Shown: positions 19,717 through 30,000, numbered from the stretch's first letter. The stretch: DNA of 64,000 nucleotides from a virus (IMGVR_UViG_3300025387_000009); one strand, 5' to 3'. The notes: a model not told the origin generated them from the letters alone. Numbers and translations: made by a program.

Positions 19717-20634
19717 ATGAAGAATTTCAAAGCTATTTTAGAAAACTTAGACAAGAGTGTAATTTCCGAAGAGACAGCAACTGCAATTGCTGAAGCATTC
19801 GAAGCAGCAGTTAATGAGAAAGTTGAATCTCGCTTATCACTCCAAGTTGAAAGTGCTCTCTCAAAACAGGATGTTGATCATGCTGAAAAATTAGAAAAAC
19901 TTTTAGAAGCTATTGATACCGATCACACCGACAAACTCAAGAAAGTTTTAACAGCAATTAACGAAGATCATTCCGCTAAGTTAGAAAAGCTTGCAACTCA
20001 TTATCGCAAGGCTTTAAATGAAAAAGCTCTTGCATTCAAAAATTCTATGATTGATGAAGTTAGTAACTTCATTGATATTTCGTTAGATAAAGCACTTCCA
20101 ACAAATCAATTACAAGAAGCTGTGGAGAACACATACGCTCGTACACAGCTTGACAAAATCCGTCAGATTGTCGGAATTGATCAGGAGTCCATTGACTCTG
20201 GTATCAAGTCCACAATTGCTGAAGGTAAAAAGGCAATTGACTCTCTTAATGAGAAGCTCAATGAGTCTTATAAAGAAAATGAAGCTCTCGTTGAGAAGCT
20301 TAAGATGGTTGAGGCAACCATTATCCTTGAACAAAAGACCAAGGGGATGCCATCAAGCAAAAAAGATTTTATCGTTAAATTGTTAAACGACAAGGATTCC
20401 TCTTATATTGAAGAGAATTTTAACTATGTTGTTGAGATGTTCGAACGCAGTGAAGAAAAAACTGCGTCTGAACTTGTTAGTGAAGCTAAGCAATCTGCTA
20501 AAACCAGAGATGCTAAAGTTCCTAGCAGTTCTGTAGTTACTGAATCAGTAGCTATATCTAACGAGGGTTCATCCCAAGTTAACGGATATCTGAGTGAGTT
20601 AAAGAAAACCGAAAGTTACTCCGTAAGGAAGTAA
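19717..20634 (+). CDS. gp22: Prohead core scaffolding protein
   Basis: Acidic coiled-coil protein directly before the MCP; ISEETATAIAEAFEAAV; YIEENFNYV. Confidence 0.85.
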   Translation: MKNFKAILENLDKSVISEETATAIAEAFEAAVNEKVESRLSLQVESALSKQDVDHAEKLEKLLEAIDTDHTDKLKKVLTAINEDHSAKLEKLATHYRKALNEKALAFKNSMIDEVSNFIDISLDKALPTNQLQEAVENTYARTQLDKIRQIVGIDQESIDSGIKSTIAEGKKAIDSLNEKLNESYKENEALVEKLKMVEATIILEQKTKGMPSSKKDFIVKLLNDKDSSYIEENFNYVVEMFERSEEKTASELVSEAKQSAKTRDAKVPSSSVVTESVAISNEGSSQVNGYLSELKKTESYSVRK

Positions 20635-20670
20635 TTTAGGTATCTTTCAATCTCACAGTATTCTATCCAT

Positions 20671-20675
20671 AGGAG
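20671..20675 (+). promoter_or_regulatory. Shine-Dalgarno sequence of the major capsid gene
   Basis: AGGAG 11 nt upstream of ATG 20687; one of very few SD-like sites seen in the window. Confidence 0.6.
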
Positions 20676-20686
20676 TAAACAAACAA

Positions 20687-22237
20687 ATGAGAAATTCCAA
20701 TCCAGCTACAGGCTACATTGATCGTTCTCGTGCTCAGCAGTTAGTTGAAAAGTGGGCCCCAGTTCTCGATTATTCATCCGATAAGGTTGCACCAATCGAA
20801 AACGAGCACCAACGCTTAACTACTGCTATTCTCATGGAGAACCAAGAAAGATGGTGCATCGAAGAAGCATCCTACAATATCTCAGGTGGTAGTTCTACCA
20901 ACGGCGGTGTTTTCGGAACAGCTGCAACATACAATCAGTTCTCTGGAGATACATATGCTCAAGGAGATTCACGCTTACCAAAGGTACTCATCCCAATGGT
21001 TCGCCGTACTTTCCCAGAGCTTATCACGAATGAGATCGTAGGTGTACAGCCAATGAGCGGCCCAGTCGGACTTGCATTTGCTTTACGTTACCGCTATGAG
21101 GCTACTTCATTAGGTGCTAATGGTATTGATGGTTATGCAACTGGTTCGACCACACTCGGACCTGGTAATGCAGGAACAACCAATAACAATAGCGAAGCAT
21201 CTGGAGATTCCACATGGGATCGTTCCAATGTTGAAGGACCTAACGGAGCAAACGCTGATACATCATTCAGTCCTGCACGAAATGCAGAATTGGGTTATCA
21301 GTTCTTAGATACAAGATTCACAGGCACAAGTGCTGCATCATACTTCCAAGGAATTAGTGGTGCAAACTCCGCTGACTTCACCATCGTTGGTCAAGATCAG
21401 GGTGTTGCTGCACTTCTCAGTGACTATGAATTAACTGGCAACATCCCACAGGTTGTTGTTGAGTTCAGCAAGACAGCAGTTGAAGCTGGCACACGCCGCC
21501 TCGCTGCTCGTTGGTCAGTTGAACTTGAACAGGATCTTAAGAACATGAACGGACTCGATATCGACTCTGAATTAACAAATGCAATGTCATATGAAATTCA
21601 GGCTGAAATCGACCGTGAAATGGTCATGCGTATGATCCAAGTATGTCTCAATGCAGGTACACCTAACGGATACACATATTGGTACGCTCAATCCGCTGAC
21701 GCACGTTGGTTAGGAGAGAGAAACCGTGATTTCTACAGTAAGGTAATTGTCGAGGCTAATCGTGTCGCAATCCGTAACCGTAGAGGTTCTGCTAACTTCA
21801 TCATTGCTACACCTCGTGTGTGCGCAATTCTTGAAATGTTACCAGAATTCCAGTGGATGCCAGTTAACGGCAACGTTAACACGCAGCCAACCGGAATCGC
21901 AAAGGTTGGTACTCTCGGAGGACGTTTCACCGTCTACCGTGATACCCGTACTGATGCGCAGTATCTTTCAGGTCAAAGAGCAAATCCGCTTGAGTATGCC
22001 CTCTTAGGCTATAAGGGAACCGAATACTATGACACAGGTATTGTATATTGCCCATACATCCCAGTTATGATCCAGCGCACAGTTGGTCCTAACGACTTTG
22101 CACCACGCGTAGGTCTTATGACCCGCTACGGTGTAGTCGATCATATCTTTGGTGCATCTTTATACTACCACGTTATCATAGTTAAGGGTCTCGGAACAAG
22201 CTTCGTAGGTAATGCAGCTGCTGCAAACTACCTCTAA
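20687..22237 (+). CDS. gp23: Major capsid protein
   Basis: KWAPVLD, TAILMENQE, LIPMVRRTFPELI...GVQPMSGPVGLAFALR, RRLAARWSVELEQDL, YCPYIP, GLMTRYG. Confidence 0.97.
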   Translation: MRNSNPATGYIDRSRAQQLVEKWAPVLDYSSDKVAPIENEHQRLTTAILMENQERWCIEEASYNISGGSSTNGGVFGTAATYNQFSGDTYAQGDSRLPKVLIPMVRRTFPELITNEIVGVQPMSGPVGLAFALRYRYEATSLGANGIDGYATGSTTLGPGNAGTTNNNSEASGDSTWDRSNVEGPNGANADTSFSPARNAELGYQFLDTRFTGTSAASYFQGISGANSADFTIVGQDQGVAALLSDYELTGNIPQVVVEFSKTAVEAGTRRLAARWSVELEQDLKNMNGLDIDSELTNAMSYEIQAEIDREMVMRMIQVCLNAGTPNGYTYWYAQSADARWLGERNRDFYSKVIVEANRVAIRNRRGSANFIIATPRVCAILEMLPEFQWMPVNGNVNTQPTGIAKVGTLGGRFTVYRDTRTDAQYLSGQRANPLEYALLGYKGTEYYDTGIVYCPYIPVMIQRTVGPNDFAPRVGLMTRYGVVDHIFGASLYYHVIIVKGLGTSFVGNAAAANYL

Positions 22238-22264
22238 GTCTTAGTTCAACCTAAAGAAAAGTTC

Positions 22265-22302
22265 GCCCCCATGTCGATTGCTAGGCATGGGGGCATTTCT
22301 TT
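22265..22302 (+). terminator. Intrinsic terminator after gp23 (possibly bidirectional)
   Basis: Stem gcccccatgtc/ggcatgggggc with an 8-nt loop, followed by atttcttt and preceded by aaagaaaa. Confidence 0.8.
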
Positions 22303-22403
22303 GCCCAAATTTAATAGTGTATGAATAAATACACAAAAATATAAATTGTTTAAAATAAACAACTTAAATAAAAAACGAATAGAAAACTTTATCTATTCAC
22401 AAT

Positions 22404-22431
22404 ATGTTCCCGAAATTGGTTTCGGGAACAT
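22404..22431. terminator. Perfect 12-bp hairpin at the 3' end of the minus-strand gene
   Basis: atgttcccgaaa-ttgg-tttcgggaacat; no adjacent U-tract on the minus strand. Confidence 0.5.
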
Positions 22432-22919
22432 TAATCTTCTTTTTTAAATTCAGCATCAACAATTTCTAATTGTTGTTTTTTAGATGTTTTCGGGTTGAAA
22501 ATCTGTGACATAATTTCATCCCTCGTTGCAATTAATACATTAGTTGTATTAGGTAATGGAGGTCTTTCCATATGAGCAGCAATTTCCATCTTTTTAATCT
22601 CAATATTACTCTTACTTTGTTTATTTTGAATATTGATTTTATTTAGTTGATCCAATGCTTTTGTTGCTGAATTAATTAATTGAGACAATGCAGCTATTTC
22701 TTTTGGGTCGCTGCCTGTCAGTACACTATCTTTTAAATTTTGAACCGCACCTAAAGTTGATTCAACTAACTCAGCAGATTTTTTATAAACATAATCGCCA
22801 ACGTTATCATCATTAACTTCTTCGTGCTCTACTGGCTTATAAGGCTTTGCGTGTTCACTAGGAACAGAATCAGCTTTAAGTTGTTCTATAATGGAGTTTA
22901 TTTCGTTATCGCTTGACAT
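22431..22919 (-). CDS. gp16: Probable terminase small subunit (T4 gp16-like)
   Basis: VYKKSAELVE...DPKEIAALSQLINSATKALDQL...NTTNVLIATRDEIMSQI parallels the gp16 helical core and the C-terminal N-x-x-F/L-V/I-x-S/T-x-x-E motif. Confidence 0.6.
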   Translation of the reverse strand: MSSDNEINSIIEQLKADSVPSEHAKPYKPVEHEEVNDDNVGDYVYKKSAELVESTLGAVQNLKDSVLTGSDPKEIAALSQLINSATKALDQLNKINIQNKQSKSNIEIKKMEIAAHMERPPLPNTTNVLIATRDEIMSQIFNPKTSKKQQLEIVDAEFKKED

Positions 22920-22947
22920 GTGTTAATATTTACCTATATATTAACAT
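22913..22947. promoter_or_regulatory. Divergent overlapping promoters: sigma70-like (+) and late TAAATA (-)
   Basis: Plus: TTGACA(22913-18)-N16-TATATA-N7-ATG. Minus: TAAATA (22932-27)-N7-ATG. Confidence 0.55.
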
Positions 22948-23130
22948 ATGACAACAACTATTACAATTCAAAACGTAGGAACTTATACAATTTTAACATC
23001 AGAAGTTCATACAATTTTGTCACTAATCCAAGCAGCCGCACAGAGAGCACAACAAGTAACACAGGGGCAACAGACCCAAATTCAGTCAAATTATATTAAC
23101 AACGATGGCAGAACTTTGATTAACGGTTGA
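22948..23130 (+). CDS. Small hypothetical protein (Gln/Thr-rich)
   Basis: 60-aa ORF with an upstream sigma70-like promoter; its stop overlaps the next -35 box. Confidence 0.55.
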   Translation: MTTTITIQNVGTYTILTSEVHTILSLIQAAAQRAQQVTQGQQTQIQSNYINNDGRTLING

Positions 23131-23161
23131 CATTTAAATAACCATAGCTTATGATAAGGTT
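23127..23161 (+). promoter_or_regulatory. Sigma70-like promoter of the clamp loader gene
   Basis: TTGACA(23127-32)-N16-TATGAT(23149-54)-N7-ATG. Confidence 0.65.
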
Positions 23162-24091
23162 ATGGGATTATATGATCAACTTTGGGTAGAACGCTACAGA
23201 CCTAAAAAACTAGATGACTTGGTTCTCACTGAAGAGAATAGGAAATTCTTTTCGGGCATAAATGAAGATACGCCCCATCTTCTTTTGTACGGTCATGCTG
23301 GCACAGGAAAGACTACTCTAGCAAAGATCATTGTAAATGATATCCTAAAATGTCAATCGCTTTATATCAATGCCAGTGATGAAAACGGTATTGATACAAT
23401 AAGAAACAAAGTTACTTTATTTGCTCAGACTTCTTCACTTGACGGTAAGAAGAAAGTAATCATTTTAGATGAGTTTTGTGGCACTACAAATGATGCCCAA
23501 AGAATTCTTCGTAGTGTTATGGAAGAATATTCTGATACGACCAGATTTATTCTTACTTCAAACTACATCAACAAAATCATCGAACCAATTCAATCAAGAT
23601 GTTTGCTTTTTAATATAGTGCCAGATTTAGCAGAGTGTGCAAAGAGATGTATTAACATCTTGAAGCAGGAAAATGTCGATATAGGTTCACAGAGGGAGTT
23701 TATTACATTTGTAAAAAATAACTTCCCTGATATGAGGAGAATTATTAATGATCTTCAGAGATTTTCAATTACCGGAACCTTGATTATCAATCAAATAAAT
23801 GAAGTAAAAAACATAGCAGAAAATGTTTATAGTTCTTTACTATCGAAACTCGATGCAATTCAAATAAGGAAAATGGTAATAGAAAATGAAAAGACATTTT
23901 CGGCGGATTACCAGAGTCTATTAAAATCATTGTTGGATTTCTTTTATGAAACCACAAAGATTAAAGAAAATATAAAGAAGAGAATTATCCTAGAAATAGG
24001 AGAGCATATGTATAGGGATAATTTCGTAATTGATCACGAAATCAATTTTTTCTGTTGCTTAATCGCAATAGAAAACGCCTTACTTTCTTAA
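23162..24091 (+). CDS. gp44: Sliding clamp loader AAA+ subunit (gp44/RFC small subunit-like)
   Basis: WVERYRP, Walker A GHAGTGKTT, INASDENGID, Walker B IILDE, PIQSRC. Confidence 0.92.
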   Translation: MGLYDQLWVERYRPKKLDDLVLTEENRKFFSGINEDTPHLLLYGHAGTGKTTLAKIIVNDILKCQSLYINASDENGIDTIRNKVTLFAQTSSLDGKKKVIILDEFCGTTNDAQRILRSVMEEYSDTTRFILTSNYINKIIEPIQSRCLLFNIVPDLAECAKRCINILKQENVDIGSQREFITFVKNNFPDMRRIINDLQRFSITGTLIINQINEVKNIAENVYSSLLSKLDAIQIRKMVIENEKTFSADYQSLLKSLLDFFYETTKIKENIKKRIILEIGEHMYRDNFVIDHEINFFCCLIAIENALLS

Positions 24092-24661
24092 TTTAAGCTT
24101 CTTTGGCTTATCGAACTTAGCAGCCTGTGCAGGTGATGCAGGGATTGCTGTGTTATCTTCTGGCAAATCCTTATCAGTTGGTTGATTATTGATAGTAATA
24201 TCAATTTGAACAGGCTGTGGCTTCTGGTAGCCCATTGGCAATTCATATCTATTAGGAACAGCTTGGACAGGTGGTAAGTTGCCACCAAAGTTTAATACTT
24301 CTACAAGGGTAAAATCACCTGGCACGGTGAATTCACCAAATTCCGTTGGCGCATTAACTGTTCTAGGGTCGAGTTTTAAAACAAGGAAAGTTTCCCCTGC
24401 GCCTTCATTATCATTTGAATCTTTTGGATTCTGCAAAGCAGCATGACCAACTACTCTTTTAACGAAAAAGAAATACTTTCTTTCTGCTAAATCGGTTAAC
24501 CAATTAACAAATACTTCATCACCGCTGTAATGCTTTTTGAAATAAGCAGATTTAAAGAATTCAGGTTTAAGTCTTACCTGTGTACCTTCTCTGAATCCGC
24601 CATTTGAATAGTGGGAGAATGCCGTTTCTAAAAGTGTATCAAATTTATTGAACTTTGCCAT
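24080..24661 (-). CDS. Hypothetical protein (start moved to ATG 24661)
   Basis: 193 aa, MAKFNKFDTLLETAF...; perfect TATAAATA 5 nt upstream. Confidence 0.7.
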   Translation of the reverse strand: MAKFNKFDTLLETAFSHYSNGGFREGTQVRLKPEFFKSAYFKKHYSGDEVFVNWLTDLAERKYFFFVKRVVGHAALQNPKDSNDNEGAGETFLVLKLDPRTVNAPTEFGEFTVPGDFTLVEVLNFGGNLPPVQAVPNRYELPMGYQKPQPVQIDITINNQPTDKDLPEDNTAIPASPAQAAKFDKPKKLKLRK

Positions 24662-24666
24662 AAGTA

Positions 24667-24674
24667 TATTTATA
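24667..24674 (-). promoter_or_regulatory. T4-type late promoter TATAAATA
   Basis: Plus strand reads tatttata; 5 nt from the ATG at 24661. Confidence 0.6.
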
Positions 24675-24692
24675 CAACTATTTACCCTTTTC

Positions 24693-25271
24693 ATGGCAAT
24701 AATCGACTTAAATAATTTAATTCAACCCAAACAGGTTAATTCTACTGGAGTAGCAGTGAACAAGCAGGTTCAGGTTACAACACCCATTTATAGTGATTTA
24801 CATTTAGATCTAACGATAGGTCAATCAGTTGGATTGGGTGATAACGGTAGCGTCGAGTCAAGAGATATTGAAGCAGACGTTGATATCCAAGCAATTAGAA
24901 ATTCTTTATATAATATTTTCAACACCTTACCAGGTCAAAAGGTCTTAAATCCAACATTTGGTTGCTCATTATTAAAGTACCTATTTGAACCCGTTTCGAT
25001 TTTAGGTGCAAATGCCATAGGTAATGATATCAATAACGCCATATCTCAATACGAGCCAAGAGTTAATGTTATTAATGTCTATGTTCAACCTAATCCGCAA
25101 TCGACACCAGTTATAAATTTAAATGGAACACAGTTAACATTACAAACTGTTTCAGATTTAAATACATTAGGTCCGGGCTATGCCGTATCTTTGATTTATG
25201 AGATTTTACCAATAAGTGTTCAGGACACGTTAAACGTTTTTGCACAATTAGGAGGACAAATCTTAATATAA
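24693..25271 (+). CDS. gp25: Baseplate wedge protein gp25-like (start moved to ATG 24693)
   Basis: IQAIRNSLYNIFNTLPGQKVLNPTFGCSLLKYLFEP...ISQYEPRV. Confidence 0.9.
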   Translation: MAIIDLNNLIQPKQVNSTGVAVNKQVQVTTPIYSDLHLDLTIGQSVGLGDNGSVESRDIEADVDIQAIRNSLYNIFNTLPGQKVLNPTFGCSLLKYLFEPVSILGANAIGNDINNAISQYEPRVNVINVYVQPNPQSTPVINLNGTQLTLQTVSDLNTLGPGYAVSLIYEILPISVQDTLNVFAQLGGQILI

Positions 25272-25284
25272 GATAAATATTACA

Positions 25285-27084
25285 ATGGCTACCAATCCTG
25301 TTTTCGACCAAAGTTCATATGTTGCCTTTGATGGTACAAGCATCCGTGATTTAATTATCAGTAAATTAAACCAAGGACAAATTTTTACTGATCAAAATTA
25401 TCAGGGGTCAAATTTATCAGCTTTAATAGACGTTATTGGTTATTCTTTTAGTACTCTTTTATACTATCTTAATAAAACATCCTCCGAGAGTATGTTTACA
25501 GAAGCTCAACTTTACGAGAACATGAATCGTATTGTAAAGCTTTTAAATTATAATCCTGTTGGAAGATTAGGAGCAAATGTTCCTTTTACTATGACAGTTT
25601 CACCAGCGGTTGTTGCTGGGAATTACACTATTCCAAGATATAGCTATTTAAACGTTGGTGGTACAATATATTCAGTTAATCAGGATATAAATTTTACAAA
25701 ATTTACACCATATCAAGAAGTTATTTCAAACATAGCAGACACCTATTTGGCATACCAAGGAATATTTCAAGAGTATCCGCTTTATACTGCTTTAGGTATC
25801 GATAATGAAATTTCTTTCGTTACGTTACCACCTAATGTATATATTGATCACTTTAATATTTTTGTATTTGTTAAACCAATTGCAACTGGCGTATGGCAAG
25901 AATGGACAAGAGCAACTGATTTATTTTTATATAATGCTAATGATACAGTTTACGAAGTAAGATTCAATCAAAATAAAAATTACGAAATAAAGTTTGGTGA
26001 TAATGTTAACGGTAAAGCATTGAGCACCGGAGATCAAGTTCAAATTTATTATTTACAAATTGATCAAAACTCTCAGGGTATTGGGCCTAACGGATTGAAT
26101 AATTCACCTTTGGTTCCTTACAATTCTGTAACATTCAATCAAATCATCAAGGACGTATCAGTTAATCAAAATTATTTAACAATTAATCAATTAAGTCAGG
26201 TATCTTTAAACAATCAATATCCATCAACAGTTTATACAATCGAGGAATCTGTTGATTCTATTCGTAATAACGCACCGAATGCATTTAGATCGCAATACAG
26301 ATTAGTTACTACAAAGGATTATATAACATATATAAATCAAAACTATTCCAATTTATTATCCGATATACAATTGGTTGGTAATGATGATTACCTATCTGGT
26401 CATATTGCATATCTTTATGATATAGGATTAAATGCACCTCAATTAGAAAATAGAATTTTAATTAACCAAGTCAACTTTGCAAATGCTTGTAATTTCAATA
26501 ATCTATATCTCTATGTTGTCCCAAGCAGTCCGCTTCAAAACTATTTAAATTCCACTCAAAAGGAAATGATAATAAATGGTATTGCTCCATATAAAACGAT
26601 TACATCGGAAATTGTTCCAATGGACCCTGTTTACATATATATTGATTTTTATTTACCAAGTCCATATGTAAAACCCTCTCCAAATGATCTTGGTAATTCT
26701 AAATTAATCATAACAAAAAATCCAAACACGAGACGAGCAGATACTGCAATTTTAAATGATGTTCAAAATATTTTCAACAAAGCATTTAATAGAAATACCA
26801 ATAAACTAGGTCAAATAATTGACATCTATCAATTATCAACAAGTATATTAAATGTTGATGGTGTTCAAAGAGTGCAAACGTATCGTTCTGATATAGATAC
26901 GTATGTAGAAGGTGTATCTTTACTTTTTTGGGATTATGTGTACCCTGAAAATTATTCAGAGGTTTATACGCAAAATGTAAATTTAAAATATTTCCAATAT
27001 CCTATATTTAACAATGTTTCAAATATAGCATCTAGAATTACCATACAAGAGACAACTGGTTCCATTAAAGCGGCTGATTTTTAA
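25285..27084 (+). CDS. gp6: Baseplate wedge subunit gp6-like
   Basis: FDGTSIRDLI...FTDQNYQGSNLSALIDVIGY...ESMFTEAQLYENMNRIVKLLNYNP; YEIKFGDNVNGK; FRSQYRLVTTKDY. Confidence 0.88.
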   Translation: MATNPVFDQSSYVAFDGTSIRDLIISKLNQGQIFTDQNYQGSNLSALIDVIGYSFSTLLYYLNKTSSESMFTEAQLYENMNRIVKLLNYNPVGRLGANVPFTMTVSPAVVAGNYTIPRYSYLNVGGTIYSVNQDINFTKFTPYQEVISNIADTYLAYQGIFQEYPLYTALGIDNEISFVTLPPNVYIDHFNIFVFVKPIATGVWQEWTRATDLFLYNANDTVYEVRFNQNKNYEIKFGDNVNGKALSTGDQVQIYYLQIDQNSQGIGPNGLNNSPLVPYNSVTFNQIIKDVSVNQNYLTINQLSQVSLNNQYPSTVYTIEESVDSIRNNAPNAFRSQYRLVTTKDYITYINQNYSNLLSDIQLVGNDDYLSGHIAYLYDIGLNAPQLENRILINQVNFANACNFNNLYLYVVPSSPLQNYLNSTQKEMIINGIAPYKTITSEIVPMDPVYIYIDFYLPSPYVKPSPNDLGNSKLIITKNPNTRRADTAILNDVQNIFNKAFNRNTNKLGQIIDIYQLSTSILNVDGVQRVQTYRSDIDTYVEGVSLLFWDYVYPENYSEVYTQNVNLKYFQYPIFNNVSNIASRITIQETTGSIKAADF

Positions 27085-27090
27085 TAGATT

Positions 27091-30000
27091 ATGGCAAGCT
27101 CATATATAATTTTAAATCCTCCTAATTTTGGTTATACTTTAACTACGGATTTTACATTTGTTCCTGATAGTTACACTGCCCAAAATTATAATCAATTTTA
27201 TTGGGATCTTGGTGACGGAACAACTACTACACAGATTTCAGGAAATCATATCTATACTTCGCCAAATAATTACACGGTTGCTTTAACAGCTTATAATATT
27301 ATTAATGGTAATGTTAATTCACTTACTAGCGTATCAACAAACGTAAATGTCAGTTTATTTAATACAAATTATCCTAATGGATTTGCTAATGCTACGAATT
27401 TTCAATTTATAACTGATAATCAATTAGCAACTTTAGGATATAATACTTATTATTGGGATTTTGGTGATTATTCAAGTAGCAGAGAACCAAACCCAACACA
27501 TTTATATAAATTACCAAACAATTACAATGTAACATTAACCGTATACGATAGCGCAGGTAATTTCTACAAAGAAACTCATCCTATAAATGTAGAGTTATTT
27601 TTAAATGAATCAATATATTTTGAAGTCTTACCTCCTCCAACTTTTGCGGGTCATTATAATCGTTATCCCTTTAAGTTAGTAATAACTTCATCTAGCACAG
27701 AACCTCATTATATAGATTTAGGTGCTCAGTTTTCGAAATCTTATCAGTACCAAGAACCCGAAAACAATTGGTCGTTTCTAAGACCGCAGTGGAGATTTTT
27801 AGATTTAAATGGTAATCAAATAGATTCAATTCAAACAATAGATACACCAGTTGCAATCGATGACACCGGAAAATTAAATCCCACTGCTAATGTTGTTGGC
27901 GTTTCGGGTTACGCAGAATTTTATTTTGTTGATGATCTTTATAATACAGATTTATATTTAAATAATAAACCATATAGTACAATAATTGCTACACTTAGAA
28001 CATCTGGAATACGTTCGTTTAATGATTCTTATAATTCAGATAATAACACACCAAGCTTTTCAAATAGTTTAGCAACGGTTTCTGTTCCTCATATTTTTAC
28101 ATTCAGAGAACCCGATTACATTAGCATAACGCAAAATGGAATATCACCAATATCTAAAATTAGATTTATAGGTCAAGATAACCCAATTTTAGTAAATCTT
28201 AAAGTTAATTCTTATTATATATTTGACTATCTCGTAGATGGTAACGGAACTCTTATTGCAAACTCAAATGAGTTTATACACTATATACCAGCCGATGGTA
28301 CAACTTATTATGAATTGTTTAGTTCGGTAAATATCCCATTTCAATTAAGCGCAAAAGATTTAGCAGGTGATATTTTAACTTTTAATTATACGCCGACACC
28401 AACCGAATTTGAATTTAAAGATTCGAATGGCTTCTTAACATCAGGATACTATAAAGGATCTTTTGTTAATAATCAAAGTGCAATAGATTCACAAATTGAT
28501 GCTTCGGGATCTTTTCCGATTTTACCTGCATCAGCAATAACGATAAATCCAATTTTATGGATTTCCAATCCAAATGCTGGAATGCTTACTACATCTCAAT
28601 ATCAAAATATTGTAAATTTATCATCTGTTTATTTGCATACAAATGCATTTAATATGCCAGTAATACAAACATACAATACAGAATTTCAAAATGATGTGAT
28701 GGCGGTTTCTGGTATACATGGAATCAATGCTATTGCTGCTTTGCCATTACCAAGTTATCATGCATGGGCAACGGATACTGAATTAAATAAATTATATAGA
28801 ATTAATTCTGTTGGTAATATATTAATAGAAGTCGATTTAAATAGTATTATTAACAACTTGCAATATAGTTTAACCGCATTAAACTTTTTAATTCCTAATC
28901 AGTTGTCTCCGGTTTCTCTTGCTGTTGATTCGAATGAAAATGTTTGGGTTGCTTGTTTTGATACGCCATATATATTAAAATTTGATAAACTTGGAAATTA
29001 TATTCAAACGGTAACATTTAATTCATCTCAGATAAGCAATCCAGACTTTTTACAAGCATGGATTGATCAATCTAATCAATGGGTTGATCCAAGCACTTTA
29101 CCAACAAATTATACAAAAGTTGATACAGAAGATAGTTATCCCATTCAACCGACTTTTATTGATACAGATTTAAACAATAACGTATGGGTAACATATTCCA
29201 ATCCATTTAGTGGTTGGTTAGTTAAATATGATACCTATGGAGCCATATTAACATCTATTCAATTTCCATATTATAAATCGCCAAATGAAATAGTTTGTGA
29301 TACAAATAATAATCTATGGGTTTCTTTAAATGATGAAATAACACAAGCTGGTATTAATAATGGTTATTTACAATATATAAACGGAACAACAGGTGCAGTG
29401 ATATCATCGTTCGGTCCTTTCAATTCCGTCAATCATCTTACCATCGATACTAATCAAAATGTATGGTTTACTTATAGCTATCACTTTTTAGGATCTATAA
29501 ACCCTAATACAGGAGCTACAATAACTTTCCCTGTAACTAGCACGACATATTCAAATAACACACCACAATGGTTTAACAACAAAATCAATTCTGATGATAC
29601 TGCATTAGAAGGAATCTGTAGTGATTTTTTAAATAGAATTTATGTGATTAATTCATATGAAAATGCTGTATATATTATTGATGCAAATAGTACAAATATA
29701 ATAGATCGTTTTTATATACAACCAAAAGGATTTACACCATATTTAAGTGCAGCCAATACTGCAACAATTTTTGATTATAATAATTGGTCTAAATCAGCGC
29801 AAGCTAATGGAGATTGGTCTGGCTTTAGATGGATAAGCAAATATTTCTATAATAGAAACAATGGTTCATACGTAACCGATTCAAATGGTGTATTGTATAA
29901 AAACATTGTCGGTTCAACTTCTTCCAATTATATTAATTTTTATCCGCCAGATTATTATGATCTTTATAAGATCAATGAAAACTTTGACATGTCTGGTCAA

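Noticed and set aside
22238-22430. tRNA in the gp23-gp16 gap
   Set aside because: No cloverleaf, T-loop (TTCRA) or acceptor stem pattern
13834-24091. Introns, inteins or homing endonucleases in portal, capsid or clamp loader genes
   Set aside because: Conserved motifs are colinear at the expected lengths; the only nuclease-like gene fits T4 gp4 head completion protein in sequence and context
19415-24694. Track start sites at 19415, 24648 and 24694
   Set aside because: Near-cognate or overlapping upstream starts; downstream ATGs (19448, 24693, 24661) fit the promoter motifs and avoid head-to-head overlap
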